From Psilocybe cubensis (lineage: Eukaryota): 64,000 nucleotides of DNA. The stretch's first letter is position 1, and each line of letters begins with the position of its first letter. The notes under the pieces are model-generated. The model saw nothing but the letters and a program-made list of their open reading frames with translations, searched no databases and was not told the DNA's origin. The stretch covers positions 3,968,001-4,032,000 of the forward strand of contig CM039001.1 in assembly GCA_017499595.2 (NCBI GenBank), read 5' to 3'. Below are positions 52,140 through 64,000 of the stretch, one piece after another. A program made the position numbers and the translations under genes.

Positions 52140-53377
52140 TTAAAGGCACTGGGAGTAGTATGGGTTGCTGTATGTGCAAGTGTACGGAGAAGCACATGCA
52201 GTGGGCCCTGAGTATCCAGTGCCACCACACTGACCGTATTGTGCAACCGAGCCGGAACCAGACGACGGGTTTCCTGTGGGGTTCCCGCCAGACGCGGTGG
52301 AAGAAGGCGTTCCCTTGTTGATAGCAACACTGTAGCTGTTAATGACGAGGTTGGCAGAACCAGTGAATGGCTCGGTTCCAGCTTGAATTGATTGAACGTA
52401 CTGGAGGTAAATTGTGGTAAGTGCAAAGCATTTTGATTTAGTAAAGACGGTACGTACTTGGGAGCCTGATACACCTTGGTTTTTAATGAGGTATTCTGGA
52501 AAGGTACATATTAGATAATGTTTACGAGTCAAACCAGGGTGACTCAACGGAAGAATGGGTTCAGATCGGCACTGAAGTTATTGATGTTCCCAGATGCTGA
52601 CACAAATGAGAAGACGCGCCAGTTGCTATTCGGTCCGGACCAAAGAGTCCATGTGTGTCCAGCTAGGTTAATTCCGGTCTGGATTTGGCTACCGACGGGT
52701 TGGATTCTGCGACATATTGAACATCATGGGATTTCCATATAAGATGCATAGCTTAGAAGCTTACCCTCCAAGACCAGACAACCAGATCATGCTATCAAAT
52801 AGTTACAGTCAAATGTTTATTGTAATACAAAGGGTAAAATTCTTACATTTCATAAGAGGATGCACTGGATGCGGGATTTCCGGAAGAGGCACTTCCAAGC
52901 CAAATGTCGTAGCTGACATCAGCTCTGATACCAGATGATTGACTTTGGTATGTCCAGTCAAAAGTTGAAGGCGCCGATGCAATGTTGTTGAGCTTTACAA
53001 GGAGTGAGTATACAAATACAGTTAGAGCGATTCACTTGTACCTGAACTCCGAGAGCACTGTTTGACTGAACATTTGCGTCTTTTGGAATCCTCAGTTCGA
53101 GACAAACGGAGAAGGAAGTTAATAGAAACTCACAGCTTTTCACGTTGTTAGGATTGTTCTGCCAGTTCCAGTTGGTAGACCATGAGACGGATGATCCAGA
53201 GGCCGAGATGAGGGTAGAACTTTGTGATCCTGTACCACTATTTGCACCCCAAAGATTTTGGCACAAGGTATATTGTCCAGCTGGTATGCATTGAGTAGCA
53301 CCGGTAATTGTTTGAGCCAAAGCAGGGCTTGTAGATATGGCCAGGAGAACCAACTTTTTAAACAATGAGAAGGCCAT
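52140..53377 (-). CDS. GH12 endoglucanase/xyloglucanase with C-terminal CBM1
   Basis: Signal peptide; [26 protein letters not shown] (nucleophile) and QAGTEPFTG (acid/base); [33 protein letters not shown]. Confidence 0.93.
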
Positions 53378-54557
53378 TGCTGTGATTGTCTGTCGCAATT
53401 GAGAACTGTAATGTGTTGGAGGTTTTCCTTGATGGTATGGCTTTTGAACAAATCCAACATTCTAGATTTCCGAATCTTTTGCGACAGTAAGGAACTGAAG
53501 AACTCTCGTTCGGAATGGTTGGTCCGTGTAGTTGGGGAAATAGCTCCAGGCGGAATATGCTCGCTGTGTGCGACGCATGGTTGAGTCAGGGTGCATGGCC
53601 ACCAAAGTGGGGAGATGACTGACAGTTTAGTGAGTTCTCCCTGTCGTGATAGAGACAAAAGAGAAGAACTTAAACCGTGACACTTTACATGACATGTTTT
53701 TGCGACTCTAGACATCATGGGAGCAGCAATGATGCTCTTGCATTGGTGAATCCTATAATCTATTTTTAGTCCTGTGAAAAATAGATAGCGGAGTTTTAAA
53801 CCTCGGGCTGGAGCTTCAGTGGGGCAAATTGGAGGGCGAAGGGATTTAACGCCGACAGTACCCGTACAGAACATGGCATGTGGACATGTACTGGGTGCAA
53901 AAAATGCATGATATCCTACCAGTCGTCGATTTATATGACGAAAATGGTACAACGGAACGGGACCAGGTGATGGAAAAATTAACAACGATAATACGCCGGC
54001 TCTACGATCAGCGGCAAATATTCGGATCCGAAGGATCCATTCAAGACAGCGAGGATATGGCGGGCAGGTATGTTTTCCGAAACAGAATGGATTAACTCAA
54101 TTATCTTTTTCAGATTTTTTCATCTTCTTTTTAATTTTCACAACGTTCAGTCCTCTTTAACTGTTTGGCGTTGATTGCATTTTGATCCAAGACTTAGCAT
54201 CAGAGAACCCAGCCAACTCCCTTTAATTTCCCTTCCTTTCCGTGTTGCCAAGCGATTAGCGCTGAGGCCCACGGCTTGGCACCTATATCAATCAAGCATT
54301 ATATCCAACCTTCCTCTCTCTTTTCGACATGTTGTTTTCATCTGCTCATGTACATATACAAAATACTTGCAGTTCGCTATATTCAACATTGCACATCGAC
54401 ATTCATCGACTCTTGTCATCCTTCAGTTGATTTCTTTCTCATGTTCGTGTTAATAAACTCGATTATTCAATTATATTCCTCTAAGCGTTTATCTTTCTCA
54501 GCTTCAAATCTCGAGTTCTCAACTGCACGGGAACGCAATCTCTTTACATTGACAACA

Positions 54558-55200
54558 TCAATCACGATTTAACGACCTTTCTCGCCACTCGTCAACGAGA
54601 ATTCCCATTACAATGATGTCTCTCCATCCTCCCCTAACCCATACCGCTTCTCGCAGCCTACCTTCTTCAACAAATCCACTTCAAAATTGACTTAGTACCA
54701 GGTTAAGACTACAGGGAACTTTATCCGTACCATGCTTTGTACATCGTAATTGCGCGATCATTTCCACCGATCGTCTCGAGCGATATGCGATGCAAATTCA
54801 GATGGTAGAATCCATGGTGTATCAAGAACTTGGTGATCTCCTTGCCATAGCCTTTCCCCCAGAACTCAGGCATGAGGCCGATACCAAACTCTGAGTGTCT
54901 ATGTCCCCTCTCCCGTCGCGATACCCATAAGGCGGCCATGCCAACAAATCTTGGTTTCTCCACATCATCTTTTCCACCTTGAGATTGTGGTATAGTTTCG
55001 ACGATGCAAAACATTTCCGCATTTTTGGTGACTATACCCTGGAAAAACTCCTTCAAGCTGTCTCCTTGAGGAACAGGAAAGTCATAGGACATGTACTCGG
55101 CCACTTTGGCATTGTTGTAAAGGGAGACGATGTTGTCATAGTCGGTTCCTGGTGAGGTGTGTGCTGCTCGTAATCGAATACCGCACTCAAGGTCAAACAT
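54558..55200 (-). CDS. GNAT acetyltransferase, RimJ/RimL type
   Basis: EFGIGLMPEFWGKGYGKE, LNLHRISL and NDRAITMYKAC|GFVEEGRLRE. One intron. Confidence 0.9.
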
Positions 55201-55896
55201 AACCGGTACGGAAATCAATGCTCAATACTTCTGACTACCTAGGTTTTATGCAATATTATGACATTGTAATATCAGTTGCTGCTGCCTGTATGTAATCGAC
55301 GGAAGACAAATTTCACCGTATTTATTGTTAAGATTATGGTTCCTAATGCAATGTGCTATCTTACTGCGACGCAGCAAAGTGCTCATTAGCCAATACCTCG
55401 TGGCCTTCGACAATCAGATATCTGTGGGAATTAATGCCGCCAACATTCAATCACAACATGGATTTTGCCGCCCACTGGGCATGTCGGTGAGCCTCCAGCG
55501 TCGTTTTGTAAAATCTCATCATCACACTGTGCATAATGCCTGGCAGGACTTTGTCATCGATATGGATCCCGTTAAGCACGCCACGGTGGACGAGGCTGAT
55601 AGGGAACGCAGTCAACACTAGGCGAGTCTTTTCCACATCAACTCTATCTCAAGGATGCCTCCTTTATAATCATTATTATATCGTTAGCTCATGAGATATG
55701 AGCTGGCAGGTTACAGGTAGCACGGAAACTTTAACTTGAAATATTCATTACATCAGTATTCAAGTTACTAGGACACTTGATTCATTTTCCGTGTTTGTAT
55801 AAATGTAGAGCGCAGATATAAGTAGAGTTTAATTATAAACGTTCCTGACCTTGATCGTTGACCTGTATATCTTGTGCAGAAGCGCCTTAAATGTTT

Positions 55897-57704
55897 TTAG
55901 CTTCCAACGGAGAACGGAGCCTGGGCGTCTTGAGAGTCTGATACCTCGGGAAGGTCAAGAGGGTTCTTGGCGTGCATTTCAACAAATGAGACTAGATTTT
56001 CAAAGGCGTAATTGGTAGAGTCATATTCGATGAAGCCGTGAGTGCCCGCAGACCGGAACATGAGAGTGGGCAATGTCGTCATGCGGAAGGGGGTGAATAG
56101 TGGAAGCCCGTGTTCTAGGGAGTCCATCCTAGCGCTGTTGCAATGATTAGGACGTCACAAACCCCCACAACATGAGCTAAAGCTAAGAGTATGATGAGCA
56201 CAGTCTTACATGACAATACGGTCCTTGATGGCAGCGTATTTCTTGCCGAGGTTATCCCAGATAGGTTCGAGGAGCATACTTTCTCTGGACCTATCATGAT
56301 GATGTTAAGGACCAAATTGTATGCGTGTGTGAATGTGGGAGAGAATAAGAAAGAATGATATCGTATTGTAATCACATACCGTATATTATAAAAATGTATG
56401 AAAATATCTTTGCTATAATCGGAATTTATCTTCGCAAGGCTGAAGTTGTCAAACACTGTGAGGACAGGCTCTTCCTGGAGGTCAGGGACAGGTTGATCCT
56501 TAAGTGGACGGCCGCGCTTTCCACCGAGGTACCGCTCTACCAATTCGATAGCACGCTCAGGTGTGACACCCTGAACCTTTTGGGGCGCAAGTGGGTACTT
56601 GGACTGCCTTCCCACATTGTGGATAACAAACACAGGATAGTGGACGTCGGGGTGACTGCCAAAAATACTCGCGTCGCTCCAGACAAAATTCATCTTGGAC
56701 TTGTATTTCGCTGCAATGGGGGCGATCCCGGATATTTGTGCCTCCTTGTCGGCGGTTGGGCTAGGACCGACGAACAGAATTGCTAAGGGCTTGCCGCTGC
56801 GGAGAAACACGGCGTAGTCTGACCCATCATCGTTAGCAAACACAGGGATCGCAAGGCCGCTTACCCACTCCACAAGATCGTTCATTGAGAGGGAATAAAT
56901 TGGATACGGGTACTCCAGTCTGGGCTCATCGAAGGACCGATATACAACAATAGAGGGGGCGGTGACACTGGCAGCTTCGATGGCTGCCTTGTCGGTCGCC
57001 ATACCAAAGAGGTAGTCGTTTCGGAGGGCGAAGGAAGCTTCGCGGAATTCGAGAGCGAGGTCGTCGGTGGTACTGGAGAGGTAAGCGATCACAACCACTT
57101 TATCAGATTTAGTGAACGCGTCGTGGTTCTCGGCTGTGACATCGAAAACAGTGCGGTAGTGCTGACTACGCCACATTTAAGGTAAGTTGAAGGTCATTGA
57201 TTCAGTCGTTGGACTTACTGAATCATGTAGTCAACAATGTGATATGATTTTCGTGGGCCAGTGTAGGTTGTTGCCTCGCCATGCCGGTAAACTTTGAGAA
57301 CACTGCAAACAGCGTATGGGAGGTATAATTTATCACTTCGAGTCTACTGTCACTCACGGATATACTTGTATCCCTTCTGACTGACAGAAATCAGCCTCGC
57401 GGACACAGTCCACCTTTGCAACCTTGATTCCCCTCTCCTTTAGGGCGGTGGCGGCCTGTTCATAATGCGGAGCCAAGCGCACGCAGTGGTACGACCTAGG
57501 AATTGATGTTCAATGATTGAACAAGGAGTGTAGTGGAGAAAAATCGTACATTGATGGAGCAACGAATGCAACCAAGAGGAGCGGTTCCTCCTGGACTATG
57601 GACTCAAAGGTCGCCGGGGTAAGATCAATAACATCGGAGGCGGCTTTGTTGGCAACAACGAGCGCAGCATAGGCCATAAGCAAGGCTGGCATTGAGCACC
57701 ACAT
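55897..57704 (-). CDS. Protein disulfide isomerase-like paralog with degenerate active sites (SYHC, SRES) and no HDEL
   Basis: a-b-b'-a' layout: SDVIDLTPATF, LAPHYEQAATALKE..IKVAKVDC, YTGPRK and PIWDNLGKKYAAIKDRIVIA. Ends ...APFSVGS. Confidence 0.88.
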
Positions 57705-59417
57705 CACTGCAGAAAGGATGGGAAAGGAATGTAGCTAGGAAAGCGTATAATAACCAACGCCAAACCGCTTCGGAGGTATCGCAACAATCAATGTTGGATA
57801 ACTACCTGCCTACGTTCTTTACCAGTACTTACGTGAGGGCTCTAAAATATAAAAAAATAGGTTGCGGCGGTTTAAGATAAATTGTAGACGAACATAGGTC
57901 AATGTTAAAGATATCTGCACTCGCAGCATTTTGTTGAGGGGGCGCAATTGTCTGGCATTTAAGTTTTGGCTTCCATGTCCCTGCCAGCGTTAGTGGAGAT
58001 GATTATGTTTAATTTATATATAGCGTTAGGTACCCACGGAGAGCACAGAAAGCTGATGACAAATGAAGTGCAGACAGTGGTCAACAGGCAGAGTGGACTT
58101 CATATGAGATGAGTGGTTCGTGGTTTGCACGACGTACGCCGACAGAGGGAGGCATGAGTGAAACATGAATAAGGACACGCATCGGCAGCGCGAGGCGCAG
58201 TGCATGGGCATCCTGAGTTCTGGGATACGCAACGGCGTTGAAACTTCCGTGTATCATCTCAGCGCTCCTCTTCAACATCAGTCATTTCTCGCAGAGTAAC
58301 CATTGATAATGCAAGAGCTGGCGTCGCATTGTGAGGTCCCAAAGGGCAGCCGCTCAACGGTCCATTAGGTACACAGACATTGGCAATACCCATGAACACA
58401 GACACAGACACAGACACCCAGATATTTGCCAGGTACCATTTGCCAGTGAGTATAGTCAAAGTCTAGAAGGTAAAGGCAAAGCCAGCGGTCTTGTCCATCA
58501 GCCGTATTCCTAACGTTCAGTACAGTGCAGTACGATTGAGCGACGGTTGAGCGGAATTTGCAATGCTGAGGCAGATATAGGGGCAAAGGATAAAGAGCAC
58601 GGAAAAAGTTAATGGTAGAGCGGTATTCAGTGCCAGATTCAGAGAACGAATCGTATCTAGGGAGAGCTGAAATCAGAAAGTGTGCGAAAGTCCTGGTACA
58701 TCTGAATCGTTTCTTGCATATTTGTCCTCCTGAACTGGGATCGGAAACTAGGCTCGGGAGTGCCTCCCCATGGACTATCAATGGATAGATCGCCTATTAT
58801 CGCCTATGGGTTGCAAGAGATTACCAAGGAAAAACAGCGCGGATACGAGGTACACATGAACATGATGAGGAGCGAGCTGTGGGCAAGTGAATGTGTAATA
58901 TCGAGATTGAACGAAGTGGAGGCCATGCAAGCGTCGTCACATTTGCCGTAAATGAAATCCACCGACGATCTAGACCCTCTACGCCGATTTTTACCATGTA
59001 ACTTCTGAATGACCTACCGGCTTCACAGCAACTTCATCATCCAAGCAAGAAATGATTTGCAGGGAACGTGAACATTGAACTTCAGCCGGGATCCTGCGTC
59101 CGCCTTCTTTAGGCAGTTGTTTGTGTTTGGAGTAGACGGCATCGGGCTGGCTTCTCCTTTTGTGCATCGTCACCGCGTCGTCATGATGGTCTCGTCTCTA
59201 TTCTATTTCGGTCTCCACCCCAAACCTCCACGTCAAAACCCAAAAAAGCGAGATAACTGACTTACGAATGTGCATGAGCCTGTAATTGTGCTGGTATCGA
59301 ATCATACGACGCATCCAAACCAGTCCTAGCCTGTTTTCCGGGCCTCTCGCCGTCGTCTCGCCCGTTCTTAAATTCTGAATTCGCCACCTACACGCGTCTT
59401 ATCTCTTTCCCTCCACC

Positions 59418-60875
59418 ATGGACAGCACACCTCTCCCACTCCCAACAGATGTATCGTCCTTGCAAGCCCTCGCCCAATCCTTCGCGATGATCATCGTCTC
59501 CGAAATTGGCGACAAAACGTTCCTCATCGCTGCCATCCTCGCGATGCGCCACCCACGCATGCCCGTTTTCCTCGGCGCGTTCCTCTCGCTGCTCCTCATG
59601 TCTTTTCTCTCCGCATCTCTGGGACACCTCCTACCGACGCTCATCCCACGCAGGTGGACGCAGTGGGCGGCCAGCAGCGTTGTTTGGCGTGTTTGGTGTC
59701 AAGATGTGGCAGGAGGCAAGGGCGATGGAGGGTGGCGGGCAGGGTAAGATTGAAGAGGAGATGCGCGAGGCAGAGGAAGAGATCGAGGACGACGAGCGCG
59801 AGCATGAAGGTACAGCAAAGAGTGCCGACATACCACTGGAGAGCATGGAGGAGGGACGGCGGAGCCAAGACACCGTACCTTCGTCTCCATCACCATCATC
59901 AAAAAAGCCCAAATCATCATTGGCCGAGGGCGCACGGAACTTTTGCAGTCTGTTCCTCGGACCTGTGTTTGTCCAGGCCTTTGTGCTCACCTTCCTCGGC
60001 GAGTGGGGCGATCGCAGCCAGATTGCTACCATCGCGCTCGGCGCGGCGCACGTACGTCCTACCATTCTCTGACATATCGCAGCTAGCTAAACAAATGCAG
60101 AATGTGTACCTTGTGACTCTCGGCACAGTTGTGGGCCACTCATGTTGTACCGCTCTGGCGGTCATTGGAGGAAGATATGTGAGCACCAAAATCTCTGTCA
60201 AACATGGTGCGTCCCTCTTTCTTGCTGAGGATATTGTCTCTCACACTCTTCCTCACCATACGCACCTTTATTGCCACTACATTCCACCTTTTTTCTCCTC
60301 TCATTCCTTATATCCCATATTGTTGTCTCTCACCTTCCTCCCATCTTATGTTTATTGTACCCATGCCCACCACCGTACGCACCATTATTGCCATTACCTC
60401 CCTCCTCTGTCTCCCTCTCATCCCTCCATAAATTTTGGTCAATCTTCTCTCCCCATCCCCTCCCCCACGCACCTTCCGCCACTACCTCCATTTTCCATGT
60501 ACTTCCTCAATATAATTCCCTATAACTCACTCTTCATATCCCACATCATATATCCATACCCTCTGGCCATCTTCTCGCATTCCCTGCTCTCCATTTCCCA
60601 TTTCCCATTTCCCATTTCCCATTTCCCGTTCACCTCTTACCACTTACCTATTGCCGCCTACCACTCACCACATATCACTTACCACACACGCACACGCACT
60701 TACCATACATCTAAAATCGCCAACAGTCACCTACGGTGGCTCACTCCTCTTCCTCCTCTTCGGTGCCGTGTACCTCTACGAAGGCTTCGTCGCGTCAGCC
60801 CCATCCGACATCGCCATGGCAATTCCTATGCCTGTCGATGTCAACATAGACGATATTGATATCAAACCGTCGTAA
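59418..60875 (+). CDS. GDT1: GDT1/TMEM165 (UPF0016) Ca2+/Mn2+ transporter with an apparent +1 frameshift near 59672
   Basis: Both family motifs present (SEIGDKTF and EWGDRSQ), plus the acidic loop. Two introns; the second is ~520 nt. Confidence 0.9.
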
Positions 60876-62784
60876 TGTTGTTGAGAGAGAGGATGTGTGT
60901 TATGTGTGAGTGTGAGTCGTTTGTCCGTGTGTATGATTGGTGGTTAATTGGTAATGTATAGAGATGTATGGTTTGTTGTTTTGAGTGGAGGCGTAGAAGG
61001 AGTGATATGTTATTTATTGTATAGATGTCATAGCCACGAGTGCGCATGGCCGTGACGACCCGCTCCCCCAAATGCGAGTGTAAGTGCGCGCAGTGTAAGT
61101 ACGTACGTGTAGCCTTCGCCAGCCGCTTATGGCTCTGATTCTGGATGCGGTATTGCCTCACCTTTGTCGGCGCTGTTTATATCGAGCGTCCGCGCATCCG
61201 CGTTATCTGAGGATAGTGTGCTGGGTGCATAGGCAGCTCGGAGCTGTGCGTCGTTATATGGATGATCGATAGGTAGTTTTATGGAGCGTCGTTTATTGTT
61301 TGGGTGGATGGGTGGGGTATGCACGTATCGTATCGTGTTTTATCACGATCACAGTTAAAATAACGATTGCAACAACGCGACGCGACGCGCTAACATGCCC
61401 GCAGTCTAGCATATGCCTTGCACGTACCTCAGCAGATGTAAATCAATAGTGTTTTTTCAACATTGAATGGCATACTGAGGGCATATACGCATGCGCGGCA
61501 CGCATATATTCTGTCGCGAAGCAGAATTAAGGAATTATCTTGCGAAACATCCAAATATTTGTTAGTAATTCAGAGACACGGAGAAAAGAGTACATATATC
61601 ATTGTGTTAAAGTCAATATATGCGCGAATTTTGTTCGTTGCGCCCAATTTAATTTTCTGCTTCGAGATGGTCATCATACGAATAGAATTCATGAATAGGA
61701 TACATATCTGATGATAAAAGGAGACATTGTGTACCATGAGTGGTGCAAAAGAATATCCTACGTGCTCCGTGGGTTTCTGAGGATTCAGGAACACGAAAAC
61801 GATAAAATATATGCGCATATATTCGTATAAATATACGATTCGGCCTACTTTTTGAGTCTGAATATACTCAGTGGAGGCTTGAATACAGAGCGAGTAGGGC
61901 ACTCACCATCGCATATATTCTCATTCATAAAGACCGGCTCGTCTCAGCTCCCGTTTACTCCAATGCTTCCCAAATTCATGACCTGTAAACTCGACGAGGA
62001 ATGACGGTCAACCTTTTCTTCAAGCCGGTCAATTGCCTCGAAGTTAAGAGTAAAATGCGTCCAGGAAACAGATATATCGTGCTGCAACACATTCCCAGCT
62101 GATTTCTGATCAGAACATCAGATTGGGGAATTTCTTTGTGTAATTCACAGGATTCGGAAAGATGATTGTGGATGTAAGGAGCAAAGTGTTGAGGAGCAAA
62201 ATGCGCGAACAAAGCGTGACTTCGCGAGTCGTGACTGACGTCTTCCGGGAATTTCCGAGATCGTTGTTTGGTTAACACTGCGGCACAAGCGGCATCCATC
62301 CCACTGCGTCTGCTCATGGGCACAATTAGTAGATTGAGTCAAGTAAATACAATTATGGTTCGAATTTTCGCATTGAATTATGCTTTCTGCAGAAATTTGG
62401 CAAAGATTACAACATTAAACTCTGAAAAAAAAAATCATTACGTTGGCAAGACCGAGAGCAAATAAAGGCCGGATCACACGGAACGAACACGGCATAATCA
62501 TCCATACGTATCATGATGGCGCTGTATGAAAATTGAAATATGTATGGATATTTTTATTTTCTCAACATTTTGTTAGAGACTTCTGCAGAACCATCTCCGA
62601 ATTGGTCAAAGGTGGGCTGGGTGTTGTCATATTCCGGAGTGTAAAGCGATCGGCGTAATTGTATTGCCTCCTCGCCGTTTTCGACTATTGGGCTCCTCAA
62701 AAGCGTTGAGAAACACTCACTTCTGAATATTATTGTACAAGTTGTATTACATGTATGCGTTCTATGTCGGTATCGTCATATGTC

Positions 62785-64000
62785 TCACCTCCCAAATGCT
62801 GTACTATGCTCGATCGCCAACTCCTCTGCGCCCTTTTCGCTGTCCAAGACCTGAGAGACACTGTCGCTCGCCGTGTTTGTTGCTTGAGACTGGAATACAA
62901 GATCTGTTCCCCTACTGCGCTGTGTTTTCTGATGCAAATCTATGTCGGACGCCGCGAGATTTACGCGCGCGACCATGATTGTTGGCGCCATTCCCTATTA
63001 AGAGCACATCGCGTTAATATCACTGGCTCTATGATTAGTTTTCTTGGAACTCACCGCAATTGGTATAAGTATGATTGCTGAATATCCCTGTAGCCCGAGC
63101 ACTCTCGTACTACTAATCGAAGCAGGGATGGCAACTGCGACCGCCTGAACTAGCAGTGCCATTGAGTAAATGAAGACGGATTGGACGAGCATCTCGATTA
63201 TCTGTTTGAATTTCCTATGCGAAGACTGTGCATCGGTGTCGGCAAGGTGGTTTATGCGGTAGGCAATGAGGAAGGTTGCCGCCAGACTGGTTGCTGCTGA
63301 TAAGATGTATCCGGAGGATTCTAATCTGTCTACTACCAGAGCTTGGTGGTGCGTTGGCTCAGCCCTGGTAACAAGCAGGATAATGATGGAAGCGATAAAT
63401 ATCCCTGATAAAGATGATGAGTGTGGAGTGATAGGACGTGTCATTAAAGAGACATACCAAATTCAGAAAAAAGTAGGAACAACGGTAAAGATATAACTCT
63501 ACTTGAACGTCCCCATACATGGAAACATCTCCATATCTGATAAAGGGTTTATTTAATCCAATACGTGCTGTCGCTTATAAGAAACTACACACCAATAGGC
63601 CATCTGCGAGCGTAAGCATGATGAATACGAAGAGATTGTTTAGTACGTGTAGCCACCTTGGTAGAACCAAGATGGCGGTGAATATATGCTCTCTAGTATC
63701 TCCGTTTTCCACGAAGAACCATCGCATAAATGCCCATTCGAAACCGAAGTTCGCAATTCCCAGAATATACATAAGACTGATAGCGTACACGACAACCTTC
63801 TTTGACGGTTTTGCTCTCGACACTGTCGCAAGAAAGTCAGTCATTCAAAATGAGGCAGTAGTCAGAAGCAAAAATACAGAAACTTACAGCAAATATACAT
63901 TGTGCCTAGGTAGACAATAGTGTACATTCCTATTTCCAACCTTTGAATATTGTACATATGGAATCATATAGGGCAGGGTACGCACCAATCATGAGTGTCC
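62785..64000 (-). CDS. Agaricomycete-type multi-pass membrane protein (5' end outside the window)
   Basis: Spliced motifs GMYTIVY, LADGLL|IWRCFHVW, IIEMLVQS and GMAPTIMVARV. Confidence 0.8.

Noticed and set aside
22680..53377. CE1-CBM1 and GH12-CBM1 as a CAZyme cluster
   Set aside because: They are about 28 kb apart with unrelated genes between them, and no shared upstream motif was found by eye.
53140..53985. 281-aa ORF
   Set aside because: It overlaps the GH12 promoter and exon 1 out of frame and has no motifs.
59654..60859. 401-aa ORF
   Set aside because: It runs through GDT1 introns, including the pyrimidine-rich one.

Overview
Intron-rich eukaryotic DNA from a mushroom-forming basidiomycete (Agaricomycete). 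This is inferred from ~50-60 nt GT-AG introns, microexons, CBM1 CAZymes and Agaricomycete-type membrane-protein families. I reconstructed about 18 genes or pseudogenes by hand from splice sites. From left to right: a regulator with an atypical GATA-like zinc finger; a DUF6534-like membrane protein; three tandem MYND-finger paralogs; a CE1 acetylxylan esterase-CBM1; an accessory cluster at ~26.5-39.7 kb; a BCAS3-like WD40 protein; a secreted G1-peptidase-like protein; a GH12-CBM1; a RimJ/RimL-type GNAT; a PDI paralog with both CXXC sites degenerate; GDT1 with an apparent +1 frameshift; and a partial multi-pass membrane protein. The accessory cluster holds four paralogous single-pass receptor-like genes. 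Two are intact, one is split by a 1085-bp TIR element with an 8-bp TSD, and one is a nonsense pseudogene. Both intact copies sit head-to-head with a divergent homeodomain-like gene as a duplicated unit. A second, 295-bp MITE lies upstream of BCAS3. No rRNA, tRNA or CRISPR was seen. Family names come from recognised motifs, not database searches.
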